Below, in pieces: positions 37,950 through 52,195 of a stretch of DNA of 64,000 nt. This DNA comes from Ylistrum balloti (lineage: Eukaryota), in the NCBI RefSeq assembly GCF_031769215.1, contig NW_026782484.1, positions 496,001-560,000 of the forward strand. Direction: 5' to 3'. The position numbers and the translations under genes are program-made. Position 1 is the first letter of the stretch; every line of letters starts with the position of its first letter. Under the pieces are notes generated by a model that saw only the letters and a program-made list of their open reading frames with translations, had not been told where the DNA came from and searched no databases.

Positions 37950-39965
37950 GTCTACAGCTACTGACAGGACTCTTAGGCAGGGACTGCAGTGTTATATATC
38001 TTTCAGTATTGGGGGCAGACACTGATAGGACTCTTCAAGCAAGACCTGCAGTGTAATTATATATCTGTCTGTATTGGCATCAGACACTGATGGGACACTT
38101 CAGGGAGGTTCTGCAGTGTAATTATATATCTGTCGATATTGGCATCAGACACTGATGGGACTCTTCAGGGAGGTTCTGTAGTGTTATTATATATCTGTCG
38201 ATATTGGCATCAGACACTGATGGGACTCTTAAGGAAGGTTCTGCAGTGTTATTATATATCTGTCTGTATTGGCATCAGACACTGATGGGACTCTTCAGGC
38301 AGGGACTGCAATGTAATTATATATCTGTCTGTATTGGCATCAGACACTGATGGGACTCTTCAGGGAGGTTCTGCAGTGTAATTATATATCTGTCGATATT
38401 GGCATCAGACACTGATGGGACACTTCAGGCAGGGACTGCAATGTAATTATATATCTGTTGATATTGGCATAAGACACTGATGGGACACTTCAGGCAGGGA
38501 CTGCAATGTAATTATATATCTGTCTGTATTGGCATCAGACACTGATGGGACTCTTCAGGGAGGTTCTGCAGTGTAATTATATATCTGTCTGTATTGGGGG
38601 CAGACACTGATGGGACTCTTCAAGCAAGACCTGCAGCGTAATTATATATCTGTCTGTATTGGCATCAGACACTGATGGGACTCTTCAGGGAGGTTCTGCA
38701 GTGTAATTATATATTTGTTGATATTGGCATCAGACACTGATGGGACACTTCAGGCAGGGACTGCAATGTAATTATATATCTGTTGATATTGGCATAAGAC
38801 ACTGATGGGACACTTCAGGCAGGGACTGCAATGTAATTATATATCTGTCTGTATTGGCATCAGACACTGATGGGACACTTCAGGCAGGGACTGCAATGTA
38901 ATTATATATCTGTTGATATTGGCATCAGACACTGATGGGACACTTCAGGCAGGGACTGCAATGTAATTATATATTTGTTGATATTGGCATCAGACACTGA
39001 TGGGACACTTCAGGCAGGGACTGCAATGTAATTATATATCTGTCAGTATTGGGGGCAGACACTGATGGGACACTTCAAGCAAGACCTGCAGCGTAATTAT
39101 ATATCTGTCTGTATTGGCATCAGACACTGATGGGACACTTCAGGCAGGGACTGCAATGTAATTATATATCTGTTGATATTGGCATCAGACACTGATGGGA
39201 CACTTCAGGCAGGGACTGCAGTGTAATTATATATCTGTTGATATTGGCATCAGACACTGATGGGACACTTCAGGCAGGGACTGCAATGTAATTATATATC
39301 TGTTGATATTGGCATCAGACACTGATGGGACACTTCAGGCAGGGACTGCAGTGTAATTATATATCTGTTGATATTGGCATCAGACACTGATGGGACACTT
39401 CAGGCAGGGACTGCAATGTAATTATATATCTGTTGATATTGGCATAAGACACTGATGGGACACTTCAGGCAGGGACTGCAATGTAATTATATATCTGTCT
39501 GTATTGGCATCAGACACTGATGGGACACTTCAGGCAGGGACTGCAATGTAATTATATATCTGTTGATATTGGCATCAGACACTGATGGGACACTTCAGGC
39601 AGGGACTGCAGTGTAATTATATATCTGTTGATATTGGCATCAGACACTGATGGGACACTTCAGGCAGGGACTGCAATGTAATTATATATCTGTTGATATT
39701 GGCATCAGACACTGATGGGACACTTCAGGCAGGGACTGCAGTGTAATTATATATCTGTTGATATTGGCATCAGACACTGATGGGACACTTCAGGCAGGGA
39801 CTGCAGTGTAATTATATATCTGTTGATATTGGCATCAGACACTGATGGGACACTTCAGGCAGGGACTGCAATGTAATTATATATCTGTTGATATTGGCAT
39901 CAGACACTGATGGGACACTTCAGGCAGGGACTGCAGTGTAATTATATATCTGTCGATATTGACAT
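37950..39965. repeat. 64-65-bp minisatellite derived from the exon 5 3' end
   Basis: About 31 copies of CTGATGGGACACTTCAGGCAGGGACTGCAATGTAATTATATATCTGTTGATATTGGCATCAGACA. Confidence 0.95.
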
Positions 39966-40129
39966 CAGTTTAAAGATGAATAATACTCAGCTATATCACA
40001 ATACATTGTAAAGGTAAGTATAAATATATAGATGTGATTTTACAGTGTAAATCAGCTTGAGGTGAGAATGCAAAAAGCAGTGTAATTCAGAGATTAGAGA
40101 AAAAGTGTTAATAAGGAGGAGATCTGAAT

Positions 40130-40680
40130 ATAAATTTGAGATGGTGATATAGTGTGAAAGTAAAAGTAAGTTAGATTGAGATGGTGATATAGTGTGAAAG
40201 TAAAAGTAAGTTAGATTGAGATGGTGATATAGTGTGAAAGTCAAAGTAAGTTAGATTGAGGTAGTTATACAAAGTGAAGGTCAAAGTAAATTAGTTAGAG
40301 ATGGTGATACTGAGTAAAGGTCAAGGAAAAAAAGCTGGTGGTACAATATGAAGGTCAAGGTAAATAAACATGAGATAAGTTTGAGGTGGTAATACAGTGT
40401 TAAGGTCAATGTCAATAAGTTTTATGATGGTGATACAGTGTTAAGGTCAATGTCAATAAGTTTTGAGACTGTGATACAGTGTTAAGGTCAATGTCAATAA
40501 GTTTTGAGATGGTGATACAGTGTTAAGGTCAATGTCAATAAGTTTTGAGATGGTGATACAGTGTTAAGGTCAATGTCAATAAGTTTTGAGATGGTGATAC
40601 AGTGTTAAGGTCAATGTCAATAAGTTTTGAGATGGTGATACAGTGTTAAGGTCAATGTCAATAAGTTTTGAGATGATACT
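40130..40680. repeat. Two related 40/41-bp arrays sharing GAGATGGTGATA.AGTGT
   Basis: 40-bp x3 (40130-40260) and 41-bp x~7 (40390-40680). Confidence 0.85.
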
Positions 40681-41369
40681 GCAAAGTAGTGATGATGATG
40701 CAATATGAAAGTCAAAGTGAATAAATTTAAGATGATGATGCAGTGTGGAGGTTTTAATAAATTAGTTTTTAAGGTTAAATAAGTATCTTTTTGATGTTGA
40801 TACGTTATAATACCTTCTGGTGATGAGTATAGTGTATGTAACCACCAGATAAAATGTTAGTTTTTATATAAGTTATTGATATTTTTGCCATGGAATTAAT
40901 TAATGTTCAGTGTAGTAAGAACTCTTAGTTCTGGGAAATAACAGTTTATGTCGTAATGTAAGCAGCTGAGAGCAACTGTAAACAGGAAGGTCTTTGTAAA
41001 TAATTTAGGTATCATTAATGACAGAATTATATTTATGTAGTCTGGTTAACCGGGGAGTAAGTGTTTATAAGGGCGTGGGCATCTGTGATCCTGACAGTGT
41101 TAAATCTGTACGAGTGATTTGACAATTAAAACCTGATACAGACAGGATTAGGAGGTTAGTGATCACAACAGTCACGGTAATGCTGCAATACCACGATACA
41201 CAGGTGTGAATCAGGTCAGGTGACCTATAGGTCAATTAGATGTGTAGAGGATATCACTATGTGGCAAGTGAGGCAGCCAATGATCAGATGATGGAGTGCA
41301 GGGTCCTGTCTCATCTTACACTTCTGATAAATGAAAGTAATTAATTAGAAAATGTAGGAAAACATTGGG

Positions 41370-43500
41370 ATGTTTGGTCTGCATATCAGCTAAGATGTCT
41401 GGTCTGCATATCAGACAAGATGTCTGGTCTGTATGTCAGTTTAGATGTATGGTGTATATGTAAGTTTAGATGTCTGGTCTGTATGTCAGTTAAGATGTCT
41501 GGTGTATATGTAAGTTTAGATGTCTGGTCTGTATGTCAGTTTAGATGTCTGGTCTGTATGTCAGTTAAGATGTCTGATCTGTATGTCAGTTAAGATGTCT
41601 GGTGTATATGTAAGTTTAGATGTCTGGTCTGTATGTCAGTTTAGATGTCTGGTCTGTATGTCAGTTAAGATGTCTGATCTGTATGTCAGTTAAGATGTCT
41701 GGTCTGTATGTCAGTTAAGATGTCAGGTCTGTATGTCAGTTAAGATGTCAGGTCTGTATGTCAGTTAAGATGTCAGGTCTGTATGTCAGTTAGGATGTCT
41801 GGTCTGTATGTAAGTTAAGATGTCTGATCTGAATGTCAGTTATGATGTCAGGTCTGTTTGTCAGTTATGATGTCAGGTCTATTTGTCAGTTATGATGTCA
41901 GGTCTATTTGTCAGTTATGATGTCAGGTCTGTATGTCAGTTAGGATGTCTGGTCTGTATGTCAGTTAGGATGTATGGTCAGACAAGATGTATGGTCTGTA
42001 TGTCAGTTAAGATGTCTGGTCTGTATGTTAGTTTAGATGTATGGTCTGTATGTCAGACAAGATGTATGGTCTGTATGTAAGTTAAGATGTCTGATCTGAA
42101 TATCAGTTATGATGTCAGGTCTGTTTGTCAGTTAAGATGTCTGGTCTGTATGTCAGTTAAGATGTCTGGTCTGTATGTCAGACAAGATGTCTGGTCTGTA
42201 TGTCAGTTAAGATGTCTGGTCTGTTCAGTATGTCAAGTCTGCAAATCAGGGATATTTAAATAGTCACATGTCTGGTCTGTAGATCATTGATACGTGTAAA
42301 AACATGGAGATATCTGGCTTGTAGATCAGGAACATTAAACATTGAGATATTTTGTCTGTATATCAGGGATATGCAAACATTGTGATACCTAGGTCTATAG
42401 AACATCAATGATATGTAAACATTGTGATACCTGGTCTATAGAACACCAATGATATGTAAACATTGTGATACCTGGTCTATAGAACATCAATGATATGTAA
42501 ACATTGTGATATCTGGTCTATAGAACATCAATGATATGTAAACATTGTGATACCTGGTCTATAGAACATCAATGATATGTAAACATTGTGATACCTGGTC
42601 TATAGAACATCAATGATATGTAAACATTGTGATACCTGGGTCTATAGAACATCAATGATATGTAAACATTGTGATACCTGGTCTATAGAACATCAATGAT
42701 ATGTAAACATTGTGATACCTGGTCTATAGAACACCAATGATATGTAAACATTGTGATACCTGGTCTATAGAACACCAATGATATGTAAACATTGAGATAT
42801 CTGGTCTGTATATCAGGGATATGCAAGGATAGAGATGTATGGTCTATAGATTTGACCTTGAGATGTCTGGTCTACAGATTTGACCTTGAGATGTCTGGTC
42901 TATAGATTTGACGTTGAGATGTCTGGTCTATAGATTTGACATTGAGATGTATGGTCTATAGATTTGACCTTGAGATGTCTGGTCTATAGATTTGACATTG
43001 AGATATCTGGTCTATAGATTTGACATTGAGATGTCTGGTCTATAGATTTGACATTGAGATGTATGGTCCATAGATTTGACATTGAGATGTCTGGTCTATA
43101 GATTTGACATTGAGATGTCTGGTCTATAGATTTGACATTGAGATGTCTGGTCTATAGATTTGACATTGAGATGTCTGGTCTGTGTATCAGTAGTATGGAA
43201 ACTTTGAGATGTCTAATATTTAGTCATGAGATATATTAACATTGAGATGTCTGGTCTGCAGATCATTGATATGTAATATTGAAGTGTCTTGTTTATATTG
43301 ATATGTAAACAATGAGATATTTGGTCTCTATCAGGGATATGTAAACATGGAAATATCTGGTCTGTATTATTAAGATATATTAACATTGAGATGTCTGGTC
43401 TGTAGATCATTGGTATGTTAACATTTTGATATCTAGGCTGTAGATTTGATATACGTAAACATTGAAATTTCTGGTCTATAGTTTGGAATATATGTAAATT
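41370..43500. repeat. Compound array of 25-bp, 41-bp and 28-bp sub-arrays sharing a TCTGGTCT(G/A)TA-type core
   Basis: 25-bp (41390-42230), 41-bp (42375-42800) and 28-bp (42830-43185), with degenerate flanking copies. Confidence 0.9.
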
Positions 43501-44159
43501 TAAACTGTATATTTGAAACAAATTTAACCTAATAATGTCTGGTGTATTATTACAACATCTCTTCCTAAGTTGAAATCAGCCAGTTTTGGCTATTTGACCA
43601 TTCCAACTGATATAACATCCTGGTTTGGAAACAAGTATAAATGAAAGGTTGATAACAACTAGTTCATCCAGTAGATTTGGAACATGCATGTTGGGAAAGA
43701 TGTAGGACAGGTGGAAAAAAACTCTGAATTCCTATGATTGTTGTTAAGAGCTCTTGATTACAGAGGAGTTACGTAAAGTTGTAGTACATGGAAGGTCATG
43801 GTAGCAGAGGCGAGGAATCAATCAGCAGGCTTGGCACGGTACTTATAGATCTAATAGTAAAGCAATTAGACTTGTTAGTGCCTAACACATTAATGTCGAC
43901 TACAATAGCTCCACACAGGGAGCACCACATGTGTGAAAACAGATATAAAAGCATTAGATCAGGATTATTCTACATATCTACATGACCCAGGTGTGATTTC
44001 ATGTAGATTTAAAAGAACCCTGTCATTGTTAATAAGTATTCCATATACTGTCCATATATTTCAGGTTTTCTGTACCATGCTTTAGGAGTTCTGAGATCAT
44101 TTGACCTATTAAACAAATTAGCCAATGTTTTCCATGATAAAATTTGCAGATTCTATCTG

Positions 44160-44590
44160 TTACAAAAACTTCTACCTGTACAAAGTTCTGCTGATAAAAA
44201 TTCTACTTGCATAAATTTTACTTGTACAAAACCTACCTGTGTAAATTCTACCTTACAAATTGTACCTGTCCAGATTTTACATGTACAAAATGTACCTGTC
44301 TAGGTTTTACATGTACAAATTGTACCTCTACAGATTCTACATGTACAAATTGTACCAGTTCAAATTCTGCTTGTAAAAATTCTACCTGTACAGATTTCTC
44401 ATGTACCATTTCTACCTATACAAATTCTACCTGTACAAATTTCACCTGTCCATATTTTACATCTACAAATTGTACCTGTACAGATTTCACATGTACAAAT
44501 TCTACCTCTACAGATTTCACATGTACAAGTTCTGCTTTTGTAAATTCTACTAATATAGTTTACCTGTATAGATTTGACAAATTCTAACGA
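44160..44590. repeat. Degenerate 15-bp repeat (AATTCTACCTGTACA)
   Basis: About 27 diverged copies. Produces the Cys/Thr-rich ORF at 44207-44587. Confidence 0.8.
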
Positions 44591-45019
44591 TACAATTTCT
44601 GCCTGTTCAATTTTATTTCAAGCTTTATGCTACAATTATCCTTAGATGGTTCCCTTTTGAAGATAATCTTCTTAAGTTCCCAAGACTATCATATGGAAAA
44701 AAGTCAATTTTCAACTTCCTTTTACATTCTGTCAGAGAGGTTTACCTAAAATCATTGCTTGTGTTGATGTTGTAAAGATATGTCTTCTAGTGTTTACACC
44801 GTTTGATGTGGTACATGTAGAATTGTTTTGATATTAAAAGCCAAATCCATTGACTATCCACAAGGGCATTGTAGAATATTGATTTTGAATATGCTTTATG
44901 TAAGGTGTGAAAGCAGAGTTGACAGGTTAGGATCAGTAATTGATAATGCCACTGATTTCAGGTAGTTCAGTCTGTGATCGATGCTGTCCAGAAATCACCA
45001 TCACTGTACTCACCTTTAA

Positions 45020-46800
45020 GATATACCACACCTCACTGTAGTCAGCTCACAGACATACCACACCTCACTGTAGTCAGCTCACAGACATACCACACCTCAC
45101 TGTAGTCAGCTCACAGACATACCACACCTCACTGTAGTCAGCTCACAGACATACCACACCTCACCATAGTCAGCTCACAGACATACCACACCTCACTGTA
45201 GTTCGCTCACAGACATACCACACCTCACTGTAGTCAGCTCACAGACATACCACACCTCACTGTAGTCAGCTCACAGACATACAACACCTCACTGTAGTCA
45301 GCTCACAGACTCTCAGAAATACCACACCTCACTGTAGTCAGCTCACAGACATACCACACCTCACTGTAGTCAGCTCACAGACATACCACACCTCACTGTA
45401 GTCAGCTCACAGACATACCACACCTCACTGTAGTCAGCTCACAGACATACCACACCTCACTGTAGTCAGCTCACAGACATACCACACCTCACTGTAGTCA
45501 GCTCACAGACATACCACACCTCACTGTAGTCAGCTCACAGACATACCACACCTCACTGTAGTCAGCTCACAGACATACCACACCTCACTGTAGTCAGCTC
45601 ACAGACATACAACACCTCACTGTAGTCAGCTCACAGACATACCACACCTCACTGTAGTCAGCTCACAGACATACCACACCTCACTGTAGTCAGCTCACAG
45701 ACATACCACACCTCACTGTAGTCAGCTCACAGACAAACCACACCTCACTGTAGTCAGCTCACAGACATACCACACAGACATACCACACCTCACTGTAGTC
45801 AGATCCCAGCCTTACCACACCTCACTGTAGTCAGCTCTCATTCTCACCACAACTTAACGCATATATCTAGTCAGCTCACAGACATACCACACCTCACTGT
45901 AGTCAGCTCACAGACATACCACACCTCACTGTAGTCAGCTCACAGACATACAACACCTCACTGTAGTCAGCTCACAGACATACCACACCTCACTGTAGTC
46001 AGAGACATACCACACCTACTGTAGTCACACAGACATACCACACCTCACTGGAGTCAGCTCACAGACATACCACACCTCACTGTAGTCATATCATAGACAG
46101 CTCACAGACATACCACACCTCACTGTAGTCAGCTCACAGACATACCACACCTCACTGTAGTCAGCTCACAGACATACCACACCTCACTGTAGTCAGCTCA
46201 CAGACATACCACACCTCACTGTAGTCAGCTCACAGACATACCACATCTCACTGTAGTCAGCTCACAGACATACAACACCTCACTGTAGTCAGCTCACAGA
46301 CATACCACACCTCACTGTAGTCAGCTCACAGACATACCACACCTCACTGTAGTCAGCTCACAGACATACCACACCTCACTGTAGTCAGCTCACAGACATA
46401 CCACACCTTAATGTATATATATAGTCAGCTCACAGACATACCACACCTCACTGTAGTCAGCTCACAGACATACCACACCTCACTGTAGTCAGCTCACAGA
46501 CATACCACACCTCACTGTAGTCAGCTCACAGACATACCACACCTCACTGTAGTCAGCTCACAGACATACCACACCTCACTGTAGTCAGCTCACAGACACT
46601 GTAGTCAGCTCACAGACATACCACACCTCACTGTAGTCAGCTCACAGACATACCACACCTCACTGTAGTCAGCTCACAGACATACCACACTTAATGTATA
46701 TATGTAGTCAGCTCACAGACATACCACACCTCACTGTAGTCAGCTCACAGACATACCACACCTCACTGTAGTCAGCTCACAGACATACCACACGTCACCA
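45020..46800. repeat. 32-bp minisatellite (ATACCACACCTCACTGTAGTCAGCTCACAGAC)
   Basis: About 55 copies with a few interruptions. Confidence 0.95.
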
Positions 46801-47499
46801 CAGTTAGTTCCCAGATATACCAAATAGACTATCCACAGCACTGTAGCTGTCAATACTGAGCAGCTGTCTTCAAAGATAATGAAATCCTTTTTTTCTTTCA
46901 AATCTGTCTTGTCATTGCTTTGTGATAGGGGTTACCAAACCCTGTAGCTTAGAGCCTACAAGGAATCACATCATGACTCAGCTTACACAAGTCTCTTTTT
47001 CCTCGTATTACACCTTGTAGGATTCTATACAAAATCAAAAGAAACAAGTGTCAGGAGTACAGTTATAGAAATCTAAAAGCATTATTTAAATCTGTAAAGG
47101 ATATCATTGCTGGTTAGTCACCTTCATTATTGTGTTTTGATTGTTCCCCAAAGTACATAATGTTTTGAAACTAAACCAGAGCTCTTATCTCTTTTATGAT
47201 TAAATGACAGGAAATGTTCACAATGGCAATAAAATTGGAATTATTTTTTGTTACCAATTTTGTAAATTTCTATGTTGCGTGCTGGTTTGGGACTGCAGTG
47301 TCACCTTTGTCATCACAGGGAGCATGGTCACACAGGACCAAACTGTAAGCTGGTGTATTAACATCAAACTATCATTTAACAACAGGCACTTGTTTTGATT
47401 CTTCTACTACAGCATTGCTATGAAGTACTTTTTGTCAAACCACCAGCAGCTCAACTTGCATAGCTATTCAGCACAGTTGTATCAATACCTTGAATGTCA

Positions 47500-49700
47500 G
47501 TGTGTCACAGCTGTGTCAATAATTTGGGTGTCACAGTTGTGTTAGTACTTAGTGTGTCACATCTGTGTCTGTACTCAGGTCATTGTGTCACATTTGTGTC
47601 TGTACTCAGGTCAATGTGTCACATCTGTGTCTGTACTCAGATCAATGTGTCACATCTGTGTCTGTACTCAGGTCAGTGTGTCACATCTGTTTCAGTTTAT
47701 AGTAAGTCGGTGTGTCACATCTGTGTCTGTATTTAAGGTCAATGTGTCACATCTGTGTCTGTACTCAGGTCAATGTGTCACATCTGTGTCTGTACTCAGG
47801 TCAATGTGTCACATCTGTGTCTGTAATCAGGTCAATGTGTCACATCTGTGTCTGTAATCAGGTCAATGTGTCACATCTGTGTCTGTACTCAGGTCAATGT
47901 GTCACATCTGTTTCAGTTTATAGTAAGTCTGTATGTCACATCTGTGTCTGTATTTAAGGTCAATGTGTCACATCTGTGTCTGTACTCAGGTCAATGTGTC
48001 ACATCTGTTTCAGTTTATAGTAAGTTGGTGTGTCACATCTGTGTCTGTATTTAAGGTCATTGTGTCACATCTGTGTCTGTACTCAGGTCAATGTGTCACA
48101 TCTGTTTCAATTTATAGTAAGTCTGTATGTCACATCTGTGTCTGTATTTAAGGTCAAAGTGTCACATCTGTTTCAGTTTATAGTAAATCGGTGTGTCACT
48201 TCAGTCTGTATTTAAGGTCAATGTGTCACATCTGTGTCTTTACTCAGGTCAATGTGTCACATCTGTTTCAGTTTATAGTAAGTCTGTGTCACATCTGTGT
48301 CTGTATTTAAGGTCATTGTGTCACATCTGTGTCTGTATTTAAGGTCATTGTGTCACATCTGTGTCTGTACTCAGGTCAATGTGTCACATCTGTTTCAGTT
48401 TAAAGTAAGTCGGTGTGTCACATCTGTGTCTGTATTTAAGGTCATTGTGTCACATCTGTGTCTGTACTCAGGTCAATGTGTCACATCTGTTTTAGTTTAA
48501 AGTAAGTCGGTGTGTCACATCTGTGTCTGTATTTAAGGTCATTGTGTCACATCTGTGTCTGTACTTAGGTCAATGTGTCACATCTGTTTCAGTTTATAGT
48601 AAGTCTGTGTCACATCTGTGTCTGTATTTAAGGTCATTGTGTCACATCTGTGTCAATACTTGTATGTCTGTGTGTCATGTTTGTGTCAGTACTTAGTGTG
48701 TCACATGTGTGTCTGTACATTGTATGTCAGTGTGTCACCTGTGTGTCTGTACATTGTATGTCAGTGTGTCACGTGTGTCTGTACATTGTATGTCAGTGTG
48801 TCACATGTGTGTCCGTACATTGTATGTCAGTGTGTCACATGTGTTTCATTACTTAGAGCATCAGTGTCACATGTGTTTTGTTACTTTGAGCGTCAGTGTG
48901 TCACATGTGTGTCCGTACATTGTATGTCAGTGTGTCACATGTGTGTCTGTACATTGTATGTCAGTGTGTCACATGTGTGTCCGTACATTGTATGTCAGTG
49001 TGTCACATGTGTGTCATTGCTTAGAGCATCAGTGTGTCACATGTGTTTCGTTACTTTGAGCGTCAGTGTGTCACATGTGTGTCACATCTTACTTTGTCAC
49101 AACTGTACTGCATTAGTAATTATTGTGTAACAGCTGTATCAATAATTGATATTTGGATCAGTGTCTCACAGCTTCATCAATACTTGTTGTCACAGCTGTG
49201 TCCTGTTTCATTACTTGATGTGTCACAGCTGTATTACATTTCGTATTCCATTATGTCACAGCTGTGTTACATTTGGTATTCCATTATGTCACAGCTGTGT
49301 TACATTGGGTATTCCATTATGTCACAGCTGTGTTACATTTGGTATTCCATTGTGTCACAGCTGTGTTACATTGGGTATTCCATTATGTCACAGCTGTGTT
49401 ACATTTGGTATTCCATTGTGTCACAGCTGTGTTACATTTGGTATTCCATTATGTCACAGCTGTGTTACATTTGGTATTCCATTATGTCACAGCTGTGTTA
49501 CATTTGATATTCCATTATGTCACAGCTGTGTTACATTTGGTATTCCATTATGTCACAGCTGTGTTACATTGGGTATTCCATTATGTCACAGCTGTGTTAC
49601 ATTTGGTATTCCATTATGTCACAGCTGTGTTACATTTGGTATTCCATTATGTCACAGCTGTGTTACATTTGGTATTCCATTGTGTCACAGCTGTTTAAAT
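47500..49700. repeat. Compound TGTCACA-core array (31/34-bp units, then a 34-bp unit, then a 33-bp unit)
   Basis: Three successive sub-arrays. The last is TGTCACAGCTGTGTTACATTTGGTATTCCATTA x~14 (49230-49700). Confidence 0.92.
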
Positions 49701-49874
49701 ACTTATTCTGAAATAGCAAAGGTTTCTTTGGCAAAACATCAAAGTATTTTGAGATTGTTTTTTGTAAACTTAGCACTCAGGATTATATGATATCGAATGG
49801 AATTTACCTGCTTGTAATTATGATGATATCATGTGATATTTTTGTGTTAGAAACAAAGTTTATAATGTGAAATC

Positions 49875-50735
49875 AGTTAGGTTGGAGTTGTTTACTCCAG
49901 TGCTGAAAATTGTCCAGCCAGTTTAATGTTAGATTGGACTTTCTCATTCCAGTGCTGTAAGATGTCCAGCCAGTTTAATGTTAGGTCAGAGTTTCTCACT
50001 CCAGTGCTGTAAGATGTCCAGCCAGTTTAATGTTAGGTCAGAGTTTCTCACTCCAGTGCTGTAAGATGTCCAGCCAGTTTAATGTTAGGTCGGAGTTTCT
50101 CACTCCAGTGCTGTAAGATGTCCAGCCAGTTTAATGTTAGGTTGGAGTTGTTTACTCCAGTGCTGTAAGATGTCCAGCCAGTTTAATGTTAGGTCAGAGT
50201 TTCTCACTCCAGTGCTGTAAGATGTCCAGCCAGTTTAATGTTAGGTCGGAGTTTCTCACTCCAGTGCTGTAAGATGTCCAGCCAGTTTAATGTTAGGTCA
50301 GAGTTTCTCACTCCAGTGCTGTAAGATGTCCAGCCAGTTTAATGTTAGGTCGGAGTTTCTCACTCCAGTGCTGTAAGATGTCCAGCCAGTTTAATGTTAG
50401 GTCGGAGTTTCTCACTCCAGTGCTGTAAGATGTCCAGCCAGTTTAATGTTAGGTCAGAGTTTCTCACTCCAGTGCTGTAAGATGTCCAGCCAGTTTAATG
50501 TTAGGTCGGAGTTTCTCACTCCAGTGCTGTAAGATGTCCAGCCAGTTTAATGTTAGGTCGGAGTTTCTCACTCCAGTGCTGTAAGATGTCCAGCCAGTTT
50601 AATGTTAGGTTGGAGTTGTTTACTCCAGTGCTGTAAGATGTCCAGCCAGTTTAATGTTAGGTCAGAGTTTCTCACTCCAGTGCTGTAAGATGTCCAGCCA
50701 GTTTAATGTTAGGTCAGAGTTTCTCACTCCAGGTC
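49875..50735. repeat. 52-bp minisatellite (CCAGTGCTGTAAGATGTCCAGCCAGTTTAATGTTAGGTCAGAGTTTCTCACT)
   Basis: About 16 copies. Confidence 0.95.
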
Positions 50736-51099
50736 AAGGGCGGTAAAATTTCATTTACAGTGTATTACAATTGCTGACTTCATCCAGCATCTAGATTTGT
50801 GATTGTGAGCAGAGGTTTTTACTTCTCAGTGGGAACTTGAAATCAATTGTCTCTAAATCCAGAGTGATACTCTGAGGAAAACACACGGTATTGATTACTG
50901 GGTCAGTGGCTTAAAGGCCCACAGCTTATTGGAAGTCTTCCTTGTGTTCTCTTTGTTAAGGGTTAGTATCAGAGTGAATATAAGATATATCAGCTCCTTT
51001 TAACTCCTGAGAATCCTTCTGGGAAATACTTCCGGTAGATATTGATAATTGAGCAAGTTAGATACCTGTCAGTAATTAAAAAGTATAAAGTGTGATAGT

Positions 51100-52195
51100 A
51101 ATTAAGACCCCGCACGAAAGTGTGGATGGCCTATAGTAATCATGATGTCCTTCCGTCTGTCTGTCCTTGCATCTGTCTGTTAGCACTTTTGATTCCGTGT
51201 GACATTTTGAGTTTGTTTGTGCCGATCAAACTCAAACAAAGCAGTACTTTCTTATTGAACATGGTTGCATGGGATTGCTTCACAGTTTTGAAGGTCAAAG
51301 GTCAAGGTCACTGTTACTATAAATAGAAAACTATAAATAGAAAAATCAGTTTCCCTGTGATAACTCAAGTTTGCTTTGGCAAACTCAAACCACATACAGT
51401 ACTTCCTTACAAAAATGGGTTGCTTTTCAGGTCCCAGGGTCAATGATCCAGATTACTGCTACTCTTGGTAGAAAATTGGTTTCAGTGATATAACTTTAGT
51501 TTCCTTGGGCCAATCAAACTCAAACTTGATGCAATGTTTTCTTACAGAAAGTGCTTGTTAGGGATTACTTTTCAGACTAAGAAGTCAAGGTTAGAGATTA
51601 TTGTTGCAATAATGGAAAATCCATTTTGTTGAATTTGCTGTAGCCAATCTAAGTTAATGTTGATGCAATGCTTCTTAACCAAAAGAGCTTGTTTGAAATA
51701 GATTACCATTCAGGTCCAATGGTTGAAGGTCACTGTTTACTTTCTATAAGGTAGAATAAGTTTTGTGTGATAACTCAAGTTTGCTTTGCCCAATCTAAAT
51801 CAAACTTCATGGCCGCCATCTTGAAAACATCTTTTAAACTTCTTCTCAAGTTCCAATGGTGCCATTGGTGAGAATATCACGGACAGGTAGCCAATAAAGT
51901 GTTGTTATTTTCAACCTTGTCAAAACTTCAACACGGCAGCCAGGGTGGCCATTTTGTAACATGGTTGTGCTATCATGGTTTCCCTGTGCAACACTTCTTT
52001 CAAACTTCTTCTCAAGTTTTACCAGTTGGTATGAGTTCCAACTTGTCAAAAATAGGTATCACTTGTTATAGTTACCTACTCCTCACCAAAAGTACCATCT
52101 GCATCATGGAAAACACGGTTGGGTTGGTGGGTTGGTGAGAGGGGAGGAATTTCCAGCCACATAGCTTGGCCCTTGCTCACCTTTCAGTGTTCTAG
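51100..52195. mobile_element. Composite of HINE-like elements
   Basis: CCTTCCGTCTGTCTGTCC microsatellite near 51150, repeated TGATAACTCAAGTTTGCTTTG subunits (about 51360 and 51770), GGCCGCCATCTTGAAAA-type units and GCTCACCT at ~52180 in opposite orientation. Confidence 0.5.

Noticed and set aside
44207-44587. Cys/Thr-rich ORF resembling a metallothionein or antifreeze-type protein
   Set aside because: Starts at a non-ATG codon, follows a degenerate 15-bp repeat, lies in an intron, and has no splice support.
45005-45020. Antisense donor AAAG|GTGAGT at the edge of the 32-bp array
   Set aside because: The array lies on the would-be exonic side and no upstream antisense exon is evident.
45020-46800. 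CRISPR-like appearance of regular 26-49-bp repeats here and elsewhere
   Set aside because: Head-to-tail units with no unique spacers, no cas genes, and a eukaryotic intron context.
47494-49790. Cluster of Cys/Val/His-rich ORFs
   Set aside because: Translations of TGTCACA-core arrays in multiple frames.
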